Assembly: GCA_040954595.2 (NCBI GenBank)
Contig: CM082579.2
Coordinates: forward strand, 4,143,227-4,207,226
Direction of reading: 5' to 3'
From: Balanoglossus misakiensis
Lineage: Eukaryota > Animalia > Hemichordata
Length of the DNA stretch: 64,000 bases
The position numbers and the translations under genes were made by a program. Below the pieces are notes generated by a model. That model saw only the letters and a program-made list of their open reading frames with translations. It did not search any database and had not been told where the DNA came from. Below, piece after piece: positions 40,713-51,779 of the stretch (positions are counted from its first letter, which is position 1; each line of letters begins with the position of its first letter).

Positions 40713-43700
40713 ATGGCTGAGACCACGGTCATTGCTGTAACCGAGGTTGAGGAGACGCCAACCGAGGACCCGACGCTAGGGTCGTTTGCAAGCGGCAGCA
40801 CCGACATCGTCACCATTGTGATCTGTGTTCTGACGACAGCGTTGGTAGTGTCCTTGATATGGGCTGCGGTTCTCTGGATTTGTTTGAAACGACGACGACG
40901 TCACGGACGCCATGACGACGACGCCGAGATGGCTTCATCCGGACTGAAGGCCGACCATATCAAAAATCTTCACGGCGGGGACGCGGACGTCAGCTTCGAC
41001 GAGCCTGACGACGGGGAGTACAACGACGCGTTCGAGGATGACGACGATTACATAATACCGTCAACGCCGACCGACGTTATTCATCAGAAGCCGATGGAGG
41101 TTGAAAATGAGAAGAAAAAGAAGACGCCATTTCGTTTTAATTTAATGAACCCGCGGAACAGATCGAAACAAAAGCGGAACACTTATGTTGAAAGTGTCCC
41201 GCAAGAAATGGCAGATAACACACGCATCTCAGAAGAGGAAAACTATGACGTCACTGAAGGAATGAGGGAGACCAAAGCGAGTACGGGGCGCGAGAATCAG
41301 CCGCACGACAAAAATCCGTCATGCGACGATGACGACGGAGTCGCTGATGACTACCTGGACATTATTAGCGACGTGGAGGGCGCCGCTTTTGGAAAATCCG
41401 GAATGCAAAAGAGTGCCGATCTCCAGGATGACCAAACACATAACCCTGCCCAGGAGAAAAACGAACGGTTTGGAGTTCTTACTAAAAGTTTGGAGAAAAC
41501 GTGCACGAGTGAGGTCGTGAATATTTCGAGATCTACGAACGAAAGTGTTTCTGACGGAGAGAGCAGAACTGAACCAGTAAAATATTACGACGCCATTTCG
41601 CCCGAAGCAGAATCGTCAAATATGTATAAAAACATCTCTCCTGGGATTGACAACTGTCGGAAAAGTCAAGGCCAAGGGAACGATGTCAGCGAAAGTTCCC
41701 AATCGGTCGACTCTCAGGTATCGAGCGAACTGATGTACGATGATGTCGACAGCGATGGCGCCCACGACTACCTGGACATTATTTCAGATGAAAAGGAGAT
41801 AAAGACCGTAAAGACGGAAAAGGCAACGGGCAGGCAGAGTCACAACGCCGGAGACAAAAGCAGTGAGAACGTCACAGATGATGATGACCGAGCCAAGAAG
41901 TCGAAAATTGGCCCTGGAAGGAAGAAGAGTCCAGTTCGTAAGACGGTCTCCGCGCCCGAAGCTGTGACAGATCATTCTCAGGATAAAATGGAAATTCAAT
42001 GCGATGCAGACGGCGTCGGGAAAGTTACTTCATCTGACGACTCTCACGCATCGAACGACATGACTTATGATGACGTCGATGCCGACGCCGACGACAACTC
42101 GGGCGTCATATCCGGTTCGGGCGAAAGAGGCACAAAGGACGACAGGGCAGATGAAGACCAATCCGAAATACAAAGTTGTGACGACCTTAACTCCACCGAC
42201 GCCCGAAAGAAAAACTCTGCCGGAAAGAAAAAAGAACGCTTTGGGTTTCTTAAAAAGTTAACGAAAACCTCCAGCGGTGAAAAGGACGCTGACCCTCCTG
42301 GGTCTACTTCTAATATCTGCTCGAAAACAGACGAACCACAGAAAGCGACGAGAATTGAACACCAAGTGAACGACGAACAGGGGCCCATATCGAATGACTT
42401 TCGGACATCAGACGAAATGACCTACGATGACGTGGATGGTGACGTCGTAGATTATCCGGATGCTGTTTCCGATTCTGACACTAGGGGCGGAAAGTTGGGA
42501 AATGTCCCCACACAAGAAGCAGGAGAAAAAGATGTTGGTGGTGTTCATCATAATGGCCAAAACAGGAGCTCCGTCGAAGAGAAAAAACAACGTTTTGGGT
42601 TTTTGAAAAGACTGAACAAGGCAATGTCTTCGAAGTCTAGTGATGGAGAAAATCGTTCAGCTTCAAGTAGCGATGGAAAAGACACTTGGACAAAAACACC
42701 TTCCGCAAGCGACGTCACCAACTCTCCCGCTGAGGGCGATTCTGATGCGATTTACGATGACGTACTCGGCGAAGTTACTGAATCTGAAAAATGCAGCGAC
42801 CAGCAATCACATGGAAGTAATCCTGGAAAGGGAAAAACACCATTTCGCTTCGTCTTTTTGAAAAGGCTTAAAAAGAGTCGACGCGGTACCGCTGATGGCG
42901 CCACACGGATTGAGATGACGAGGCCGAGGGATCCTCTTGGAGCATCTCTTCAGGATGACTACAACATTTACGACGATGTAGATCTTGATATCGAAGACCT
43001 GGTTGATAACATTGCGTTTCCCGGTCCCCAACGTGCTACGTTGCCTAGAGACAACCTCGGCTACTATAACGATGAAGAATTCGACGAGGTGTTCCCGCCA
43101 GACGACGAAGACAAGGAAAGGAAGATGGTTTCCTCCTCTCAGGGGAGCGGTGGAGTCGAAGACTCCGACAAGAAGAAACATAGGATACAGAGTCGACCCT
43201 TGCCGGAGTACGGCAATGTCGACGTTTCCGTTGAGAGTCCCCGCCACTACTCCGACTTGGTTGCCGACGATTTTCACCCGCGCAGTCCGGCTCAGACCGA
43301 GTACACGCATCTACAGATGTCATCCGCGGGCGGACAAGGCCAAGAAATGTACGAAGAACCGGTTGTGTACGTAAACGACCATCGGAGATCCGGGTTTGGC
43401 GAGTCGGCTACGGAACCAGGTGAGGCAGACGGTGAAGATATTTACGATTACGCCGACGAGGACATCGTAGAGTCCATTCATCTGAATTTAACCGGGGACA
43501 AAAGAGAGTCTACCGGTGAAGGTGACGAGTACGTCAACACGCCACCTGCGATGAGGTCGGAGGATAAACCTCCCCTTCCGACCCCGAGCGTCTCTGAGGA
43601 AAGCCGTGAGAAAGCGAGAGAACTAGATGTACCCACGACCGGGAATAAACACCTCCGGGGAAGCGTTGCAGAAATGGTCATTGGCATCGAAAAGACACGT

Positions 43701-43982
43701 GACAAGGACGTTATTGTAAAACCCGCCATCCCAACACGACCCCCGCACCACAACCACACAGGACGAGAGGCAGCTGGAGCGGCGCAACGGCTCAGCACCG
43801 ACATGACCCGGACGAAGTTGCCACCGGTTATCGACGTGACGAATCTGAACAGGGAACCGGCACAGAAACCGCAGAGGACTTCGCGGCCCAGCAGCAGGAG
43901 GATCGTCATCTTAGACATGGAGCAAGAACATCACGTGACGGTTCCCACCGACTTCTACACAACCGGAGAGTTTCGGGTGTAG
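40713..43982 (+). CDS. Uncharacterised type III single-pass transmembrane protein, transmembrane-adaptor-like (~1089 aa, single coding exon)
   Basis: 3.3-kb uninterrupted ORF. The first ATG after the acceptor at 40676 is in good context (TCAATGG). About 30-aa Thr/Glu-rich ectodomain with no signal peptide, one TM helix (IVTIVICVLTTALVVSLIWAAVLWICL), a KRRRR stop-transfer and a ~1030-aa acidic low-complexity tail with ~27 tyrosines and Pro-rich motifs. No folded domain recognised. Confidence 0.85.
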   Translation: MAETTVIAVTEVEETPTEDPTLGSFASGSTDIVTIVICVLTTALVVSLIWAAVLWICLKRRRRHGRHDDDAEMASSGLKADHIKNLHGGDADVSFDEPDDGEYNDAFEDDDDYIIPSTPTDVIHQKPMEVENEKKKKTPFRFNLMNPRNRSKQKRNTYVESVPQEMADNTRISEEENYDVTEGMRETKASTGRENQPHDKNPSCDDDDGVADDYLDIISDVEGAAFGKSGMQKSADLQDDQTHNPAQEKNERFGVLTKSLEKTCTSEVVNISRSTNESVSDGESRTEPVKYYDAISPEAESSNMYKNISPGIDNCRKSQGQGNDVSESSQSVDSQVSSELMYDDVDSDGAHDYLDIISDEKEIKTVKTEKATGRQSHNAGDKSSENVTDDDDRAKKSKIGPGRKKSPVRKTVSAPEAVTDHSQDKMEIQCDADGVGKVTSSDDSHASNDMTYDDVDADADDNSGVISGSGERGTKDDRADEDQSEIQSCDDLNSTDARKKNSAGKKKERFGFLKKLTKTSSGEKDADPPGSTSNICSKTDEPQKATRIEHQVNDEQGPISNDFRTSDEMTYDDVDGDVVDYPDAVSDSDTRGGKLGNVPTQEAGEKDVGGVHHNGQNRSSVEEKKQRFGFLKRLNKAMSSKSSDGENRSASSSDGKDTWTKTPSASDVTNSPAEGDSDAIYDDVLGEVTESEKCSDQQSHGSNPGKGKTPFRFVFLKRLKKSRRGTADGATRIEMTRPRDPLGASLQDDYNIYDDVDLDIEDLVDNIAFPGPQRATLPRDNLGYYNDEEFDEVFPPDDEDKERKMVSSSQGSGGVEDSDKKKHRIQSRPLPEYGNVDVSVESPRHYSDLVADDFHPRSPAQTEYTHLQMSSAGGQGQEMYEEPVVYVNDHRRSGFGESATEPGEADGEDIYDYADEDIVESIHLNLTGDKRESTGEGDEYVNTPPAMRSEDKPPLPTPSVSEESREKARELDVPTTGNKHLRGSVAEMVIGIEKTRDKDVIVKPAIPTRPPHHNHTGREAAGAAQRLSTDMTRTKLPPVIDVTNLNREPAQKPQRTSRPSSRRIVILDMEQEHHVTVPTDFYTTGEFRV

Positions 43983-46900
43983 GCGTCAGTTGAAAATCGA
44001 TGCTTAGTAACCGGGCTTGCAACCGACTCCATTTCAGGTTGTCGAAACGTTATAGATTGACTTTTCAACGAATATTGAAGTCTGAATATACTTTAGGGCC
44101 CGAAGTTGAACAAGAAACTGTATCTGTTGAGAACAAAATATCGAAAAAATGTCGAAAGTTTAACCGCCAATTTCCTTTATAATTTTCGGGAAAGCTACTA
44201 AAGATATAACAGTAATATTATGTTAACAAGAAAAATGTTAGGAGCAATACCTGCAATTTTATCCGGTGGGCGATTACGAAGGAACGAACCCAAGTTCTCC
44301 GAAGTTTATGTCAGGATGATAGAGGAGGAACTTTTACAGATTGCGCCGTTTGGTCAAGACAGGACACCAGACTACTTTTATCGGATATTCACTCATAAAT
44401 ACACGGATTAAAAAAGCTTTACTTTTTAATTATATTTTGAGATTTGCTCGGGAGGGTGTTGAAACGCCTAAATACCGATAATGGGTTCATTGACGTCATG
44501 TGGTTTTCTGTCATACGACCTTTGATGAAAAGTCTGTGGCATTTTCCTAGACTCAATCTTCAAGTTGCCACTGAGGGCGCACGGAGAAAGTAATTCAGGT
44601 TGGTCCGCAAGGAAAGAAATCTTTCAGAAAACACCATGGCTGTGCTCTTCCCACGAAGCAAATGGACACAACATTAGAACTCAGACGATTTAGTAGTAAA
44701 ATGTCATTTTATTGCTGAACAACTCATACAATTGATTAAAATGCCAACATTATGGCAAGATGAAACAAACGCTTCTTTTTTTGTCTTCTTCAAATAAAAG
44801 GAACCTAAAATACAAACAAAACCTTAAATTGTATCTAATCTGATCAATCACTGAGGTGATCAGATCAGTGAACCACTAGACATGCCTGACAACTAATAAA
44901 CTAAACTAAAGAAAATGATAACATATATATATATTTGATAAATATAATATTTCATATAATTTTTTTGTAGCACCAAGAGAATTTAAGAAATTATTGCATT
45001 TGGCAACATCTTTGGTGTTCCTTTGAATTAGGTTAATTCATTTCAAGCACGGAAAATTCGCATGCAATTTTAATGAAATTATTAAACATTGCCCAAGGCT
45101 TAACTTTTATCCAAACACAGAAAATCTGCATGCAACACTAACGATAATATTCTGGAAATTGCCTGAGGCCATACCTTGTACCTTTAACATTATTTTACCC
45201 TATTCCCAAAACAACTCCCATGATGCTCTGCAGCAATGAAAACGAAGTACTGGTGTATAACTGTCAAATATGACAATGTCAGTTTCGGTGATTTTTGAAA
45301 ATATATGATACAAAAATGATCAAGTCTTCAGAAAAATTCTGTGAAAATGTCAGCTTTAACACCTGCCAGATATTTAACAATGGCGAAAAAGAAAATTCTG
45401 AAAAATCAAATTTTCGTCCCGTAAAATTCAATATTTGATGGGAGACATCCAACACAGTAACAGAATACATCATTTTCAAAATAATGTACAATGATTAAGT
45501 ATTCTAACTCGAATCCGCATCAATAAAAAAACAATGATCATTCATTTATATCAGACACAATATTGCTAAATCTGAACACTCATATATCTGCAGATCAAGA
45601 ATAAAATCCAAATGATGAGTCCCTATATACCGGTAATGTTACAAGGAAAATACAACAGATTTGGGGAAAAAAAAGATTTGGAAAAATCTTCATAATACTG
45701 CAATGATGTAGATATTGTTGTACCAATTGCCCTTGACACTTTGAACTTGTCTTGTCATTTGATAAAAATATCATTTTTCGACATTAAACCCAACAGACTT
45801 CTTATTAGAAATTATTACAATTTTAAGCACCATTCCAAAAAAGTTTACATTTTAAAGCGGGTGGTCATATCAAGCAGAGTGAAATCCAGGGCTACAAAGT
45901 CTCCCTTTAATCTAACAAAATGAATAGTTAATTATATTAGTCTCTCCATGTAATCTAAATAAAAACAGAAAAGTACAATATTTTCTGTACAGAAGTAAAA
46001 TTCCACTCAAGAAAAGATATACCCAGAATCATTTGACAAAAATTTCCTTTATAGGTGGGCATATTTTCTAATACTATAAAAAAACTGACACTGAAAAATT
46101 ATGCTTTTTATGACGAAAAAACCCAGAGTCAACCCTTCTTAAGTCATGCCTTGCTTAGTCACAGACTGTGTTATAATCCCCCATTCTATTAAAAAAATTG
46201 CTGTGACAATTTGAAACAAAAACAGGATGAGATGATCTTGAGTTTAATGGATACCATTTTGTAATGCACAAATTCTCCAGTACTGATTTGTCAACGAGAA
46301 GGCACACAGTTTAACGTCTGTTGGTTCTTGAAAATACCATACACAAAAGGCCCACCCACTGTGGTGATATTGATTATTGCTAAGGAAGTCAAGGGTCAGG
46401 GGGTGAGGCTCCTTGACTCAAAATCAGAGACTGGCTCCCTGTCACTGAACATGTTTACAAAAGTCGTGAAAACATTCTGCAGTGCAGCAGTAGGTCTCTT
46501 TCGTGACCCCCGAGTGACCTTGTACATCCTGGTACTCTGCTGGTTTGACATCATGCATCGTTCAACATTACATGCAACATTTTGTAACTGACAAAATTTA
46601 AATTATCTGGTCCAGTATGGCTGACTGTTCCAGAGTTGAAACCCAAAATGGTAAATTTACACCAACAGGATGCAGAGGTCACATAGAGGTCATGAAAGTA
46701 TCCTATTTCTTAGTAGTGTCCTTAATACCTGAACTGCAAACTTTGTTTCAGCAAGCTAACTTGTAAGGCACTTACTGAAAACCACCAATATCAGCAGCAG
46801 CATTCAGACTGTTGTTTTTCAACTTAACGGATAATTTATTTGGTTTTTGAGTATCTAATAAATCAAATCACTGATATTTGTACACACTACTTGACATATT

Positions 46901-47259
46901 TATTGCTTTCAGGATCCCTATTGATCAAACATATTGTATTTTATAATATTCAATCAAACACAAATGAATACTGGTGCATTGCTTTTTGTCAAGTTCCAAA
47001 CTCTTGACATACACCGCTGAAACAAATGGATAATCTTTGTTTGAGAAGGACGTTACAGAAATCATTTGATGTTTGAGGACACTGCCAATACAAGTACATT
47101 CATGGCAAAGTAACAACTGTAGCATACAAATGACTGGCAGACCATATTGCAGTCAAACCTTGGCATCGTACACTTGGGAGAGTCCTTCCACTGTGTAGAG
47201 GTGATACACAGAATTAAGGACCCAGTTTTGAAAAAAAACCAGCACAAATGAAATTCTTT

Positions 47260-48829
47260 TTACTTGATTTTTCGGATCTTATTTCTCTTCAAGGGGATAC
47301 ACAGCAGTGGAATGAAGAGGAGAATTCCCAGAAGAACTTGACTGATGACAAAGGCGAGGAGACGATCATAGCCCCACGTGCTTGGCATCTGTTTCATTCC
47401 GTACAGGAGCAGAAACCCGATGATGACAGCTACGGACGCATAAAGGTATCCCGTTGCTGCCTGGAGACGAAAAGAAGACTTTATTAAACTCAATTGCAGG
47501 GGTAGAGGAGTTGTTTTTTTGTCGTATTATTTCCCAAAAATGCTTTGATACTAGTGAATGTAGGTTGGCACTGACTCAGACTGAGAATGAACAAACAGTA
47601 TAAGACTGTCTCTGATTGGCCTGTTATTTTTTTGCAGTCTGCAAATGGGTTTGAAGCAAGTACACGAATCGAGTCACCTCTTACGTCTAGCATTTCAGAG
47701 GCACACTGTATGTACATCGTCCTCCGTGATGAAGAGTGATGACATATGACTTGTTTCTTGTTGGTCTACTCACCTGTTTAACCATGGTCCACTTTCTCTG
47801 TTTGTTGATGGCTACATCTGTTGGCCAAATGGACATTGCATAGAAGAGTGGGGGGACAACGAATACAGCCATCACAAGCAAGGTGTAGAACACTTCACAG
47901 TGAAAGAAATCCACCAACTGATATTTTTTCCCAGCACGCCATTCTTCCAATGTGCCTGAAATGTGTACAACGAGTTTGTGTATTATGAAAATAGTGTCAG
48001 ATGACACTTTTGGTGAGAATTAGTACTTGTTTTTGTTTACGAAGCAATACACAAATCCACTCAACTTTCTTGACCAAATACTGCCCTCTATATTTATACT
48101 CTTATCATGTCACCAGTTAGACTGGAAAATCAAAGATCAACAAGCTGTTTTGGTAGAAATTTAGAACAGATTATATCTTATCTATCAAATTTACAAGAGC
48201 CATTGAAATGTTTCAAAGGTACATGTCCACAAGTCATAGTTCAATAACTGTACAGTACACTTCAGTGGTCCTTAATTAAAACTTTACTGGTACTTTACTG
48301 TGGTCACTGTGACATTATTCTTTTGGGGATGGAGTATACTTCGTGGCATAATTATCATGCTAATTAACAAATAAAAGTACTTGACAGCTGGTCCAGACAC
48401 TATTGGATGACTGAGCGAAGGATATAATGTCTTACCGGCATAAAGAAATCTGTCATATCCCAAAGAAAGAATGGCAGACATACAAGTGTAGGACATCGTC
48501 CAGACGGCGTGAGCGGTCGCTTCTTTGCCATTTTGAACTAGCTTCCAGACGACAACGAAGCCCAGTACTCCCTGTGAAACACAGGTGCATGCAAATAAGC
48601 AGACCCATATGGGATGGAGGCTTCGATCTAAGAAAAACATCGTTTCCCAGCCCGTGTAACCCCAGAGTAGATACACCCCCGACGGGGCGAACACCAGGCT
48701 GAGATACAGTACACAGTATACGAAATATTTGTTGACAACCATCGAGTGTTCTCGCTTTAGGGCTTCGGATGCACAGGCGGCAAAGCAAGCCCCCATGGCA
48801 AAAGACCAAAAGACGTCAACTTGAATCAT
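47260..48829 (-). CDS. Uncharacterised multi-pass membrane protein (3 exons, ~258 aa)
   Basis: Exons 48436-48829, 47774-47955 and 47260-47460 have GT-AG ends and compatible phases (1, 0). About 7 hydrophobic segments. Distinctive motifs MIQVDVFWSF, FAPSGVYLLW and GWETMF; basic C-terminus KRNKIRKIK. Confidence 0.82.
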
Positions 48830-49209
48830 TGTCGCTGGCTGCTGGCTCTTGACACACAGGTAGAAATGGTGCTCACACCAGCAGCGGCCGATGTCCCAGA
48901 TGAACGCTACGCTGGCAACCGGAAGTCACTGCTTTACGGAAATGGCACCGCTGCAAAACTCCTCCTCCCCAACTGAATGTCTGGAAGTACTTGCGCGTAA
49001 AGTTTTCAGTCACCTTAATGAGATTGTTGAGTACTGCCACTAGAGATGTCAGCCACTCCAGTTGAGGTTAGGCAACTTGTTGTGTAACTGAACTAGAAGT
49101 TTTCACCGGCTTTCATTTCAATGTGACCTTTGACATTATGCCGTCTGCACAAAAATTGTAGGATTTGAGCATGCGTGATGATGATACCGGAAGTTTAACT
49201 TCGTTTGAA
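48830..49209. promoter_or_regulatory. Bidirectional promoter between the membrane-protein gene and NXT1
   Basis: Divergent start codons are only ~380 bp apart. There are two ETS/GABP motifs CCGGAAGT (48919-48926 and 49187-49194) and a YY1-like AAATGGCGG over the NXT1 ATG. Confidence 0.6.
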
Positions 49210-50110
49210 ATGGCGGCTGCTGTAAGTATCACGATACTGTTTTCTTTCTCTCTTCCTTCCTGCCAGTTTGTTTGCTCATTTATTGGTATAGTGGAAATTT
49301 GACTGTAAACGTGCATCGTCTAGGATAGAATGTGGAGTGTAGTCTGAGCATCAAGTGTGTAATCATAGACTATACTCATTACTGTCTATCATGAGCATGG
49401 AGGTACTAAGAGATGGTGTAAATAACAAAAATATGTCGATTTTCAGGAGTTCAAAGCCAAAGCTGACGTAGCGTGTTTATCTGGGGAGGAGTTTTATAAG
49501 CTGTACTATGAAACATTTGATAAGAGAAGAAATGTAAGTATATTATCCTACACACTCAGTTGTATTCAGATGTATGCAATATGGGATTTGTGTAACTTTT
49601 TTCATGTGTCAATTCTGGTCATATGTCACACTATTTTAATACTTGGATGCAATGTATCTACACATTTCAGATATTAGCAAAGCTTTACTTGGACACAGCA
49701 ACACTGGTATGGAATGGCAATGCATGCAAGGGTGTTGATCAAGTGGCCAAGTTCTTTGAACAATTACCAGCGAGTCATTTCAGAGTGGAATCATTAGACT
49801 GTCAGCCCATAATAGGTAAGTACCACATCTGATCAAATGGGAGCATAGTGTCCTTGATGCTATTTTTATTTTCACTGCAATCATTTAACTTTTTCTATCA
49901 ATACTTTTTACTTAATCTATGAAATTATTTTTTTCTTGTTTCACAACAGAAGAAGCAACAAACAACCAGACTTCAATCTTGGTGACAATAAATGGAACTG
50001 TTAAATTTGATGGACACGATCACATCAAAGCCTTTCATCAGAGCTTTATCCTGACAGCCCAGGGAAATAATTGGAAGATAGCAAGCGACTGTTTTCGATT
50101 TAGGGAGTAG
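49210..50110 (+). CDS. NXT1: NTF2-related export protein (p15), 4 exons, ~134 aa
   Basis: Exons 49210-49221, 49447-49533, 49671-49815 and 49950-50110 give MAAA|EFKAKADVACLSGEEFYKLYYETFDKRRN|ILAKLYLDTATLVWNGN...LPASHF...LDCQPI|...VTINGTVKF...FHQSFILTAQGNNWKIASDCFRFRE*. These are typical NXT motifs. Confidence 0.95.
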
Positions 50111-50542
50111 GGAAACTGTGAATACTGAAGCAAATGTCAAATTCTCAGGGAAATATCAAGAAAAGGTTGTTGGCTTGTATCCCTGCATATCGATGTTTGA
50201 CAAGTTCATAATGGTTGGATAGAAACAGCGTCCACAGGGAGAAGATTTTTTTCAGCTTTTCTTCCCTAGTACTGTGCAGCCATAGTTGGCACGAATATCC
50301 AGTGAGGATTTGAATATTTGATGAATGTGGCCTTGCCAAAGCAGCACCTTCTATGGGATAAAGATGGCACTAAAATGGCCAGATGAGAGTGTGCATATGT
50401 AATTGTGTTGTAACCACAATGAGACCAGGTACAACGTATAGATGTTTTTGTGTATGTCAATTTTCATCAAAATGGGAGGGTAACAACACCTTTTATATAA
50501 ACTGACCCAAACCATCAAAATAATGGAAAAGCTAGTTTATTA

Positions 50543-51748
50543 CTTTTGTCATCCACAACATACATGTACACCATACATGTACCACAACATACACCAAAAT
50601 TGCGTACCAGTAAAATAAAAAAAAATGCACAGTAGATGTGTATTAATATTTTGCTATTATGCTTCATATACAATCATTGCATGTTGCAAATTGCTACCTT
50701 GTAGAATTCTCTATATGTTGACAAAATGTTATCATGGCGGTACATGTAGTTAATATCCAATTTGTTCGACAAATTGGAAAAAAAATATTCACAAACTGCT
50801 GACAAAATTAAATGCAATGATTACACCATGCAGCTGCAGAAGAAATTCAAATTAATTAATCAGACAATTGCCAATACTGCATGAGATATTGGGGGGAGAC
50901 TGGAATAATGAATTTGTACAATAATATTGCATTTGATTGAAATTGCGTATCATAAATGTACAAACATATAAATTTTCATTCGTCCTTTTCAATTATTTGA
51001 TTTTATTTAAAATTGCTGCTGTTAATTCTCAGACAGGTGTGCGGGGACACAGAGGCTACTTCTATAGCTTGCCGGCTTTTTGTTGGGCGACAAACTTTGA
51101 GAGTTCTCCGTAAACAGCTCCTCTGTGGCACTCATTCTTCTCGTCATCTTTTGTCATCCACAACATACATGTACACCATACATGTACCACAACATACACC
51201 AAAATTGCGTACCAGTAAAATAAAAAAAAATGCACAGTAGATGTGTATTAATATTTTGCTATTATGCTTCATATACAATCATTGCATGTTGCAAATTGCT
51301 ACCTTGTAGAATTCTCTATATGTTGACAAAATGTTATCATGGCGGTACATGTAGTTAATATCCAATTTGTTCGACAAATTGGAAAAAAAATATTCACAAA
51401 CTGCTGACAAAATTAAATGCAATGATTACACCATGCAGCTGCAGAAGAAATTCAAATTAATTAATCAGACAATTGCCAATACTGCATGAGATATTGGGGG
51501 GAGACTGGAATAATGAATTTGTACAATAATATTGCATTTGATTGAAATTGCGTATCATAAATGTACAAACATATAAATTTTCATTCGTCCTTTTCAATTA
51601 TTTGATTTTATTTAAAATTGCTGCTGTTAATTCTCAGACAGGTGTGCGGGGACACAGAGGCTACTTCTATAGCTTGCCGGCTTTTTGTTGGGCGACAAAC
51701 TTTGAGAGTTCTCCGTAAACAGCTCCTCTGTGGCACTCATTCTTCTCG
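50543..51748. repeat. Direct tandem duplication, two ~601-bp copies (50543-51143 and 51148-51748)
   Basis: Copies are offset by 605 bp and appear identical by eye, with a 4-nt junction TCAT at 51144-51147. The duplicated ORF prefix MLLLILRQVCGDTEA at 51013 and 51618 confirms the period. Confidence 0.95.
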
Positions 51749-51779
51749 AAGGCCGCACACGATCGGCAAATTAACCTCA

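Noticed and set aside
42807-43918. Long antisense ORFs within the adaptor gene (and at 57130-57618 within nocturnin)
   Set aside because: Shadow frames of GC-richer coding sequence.
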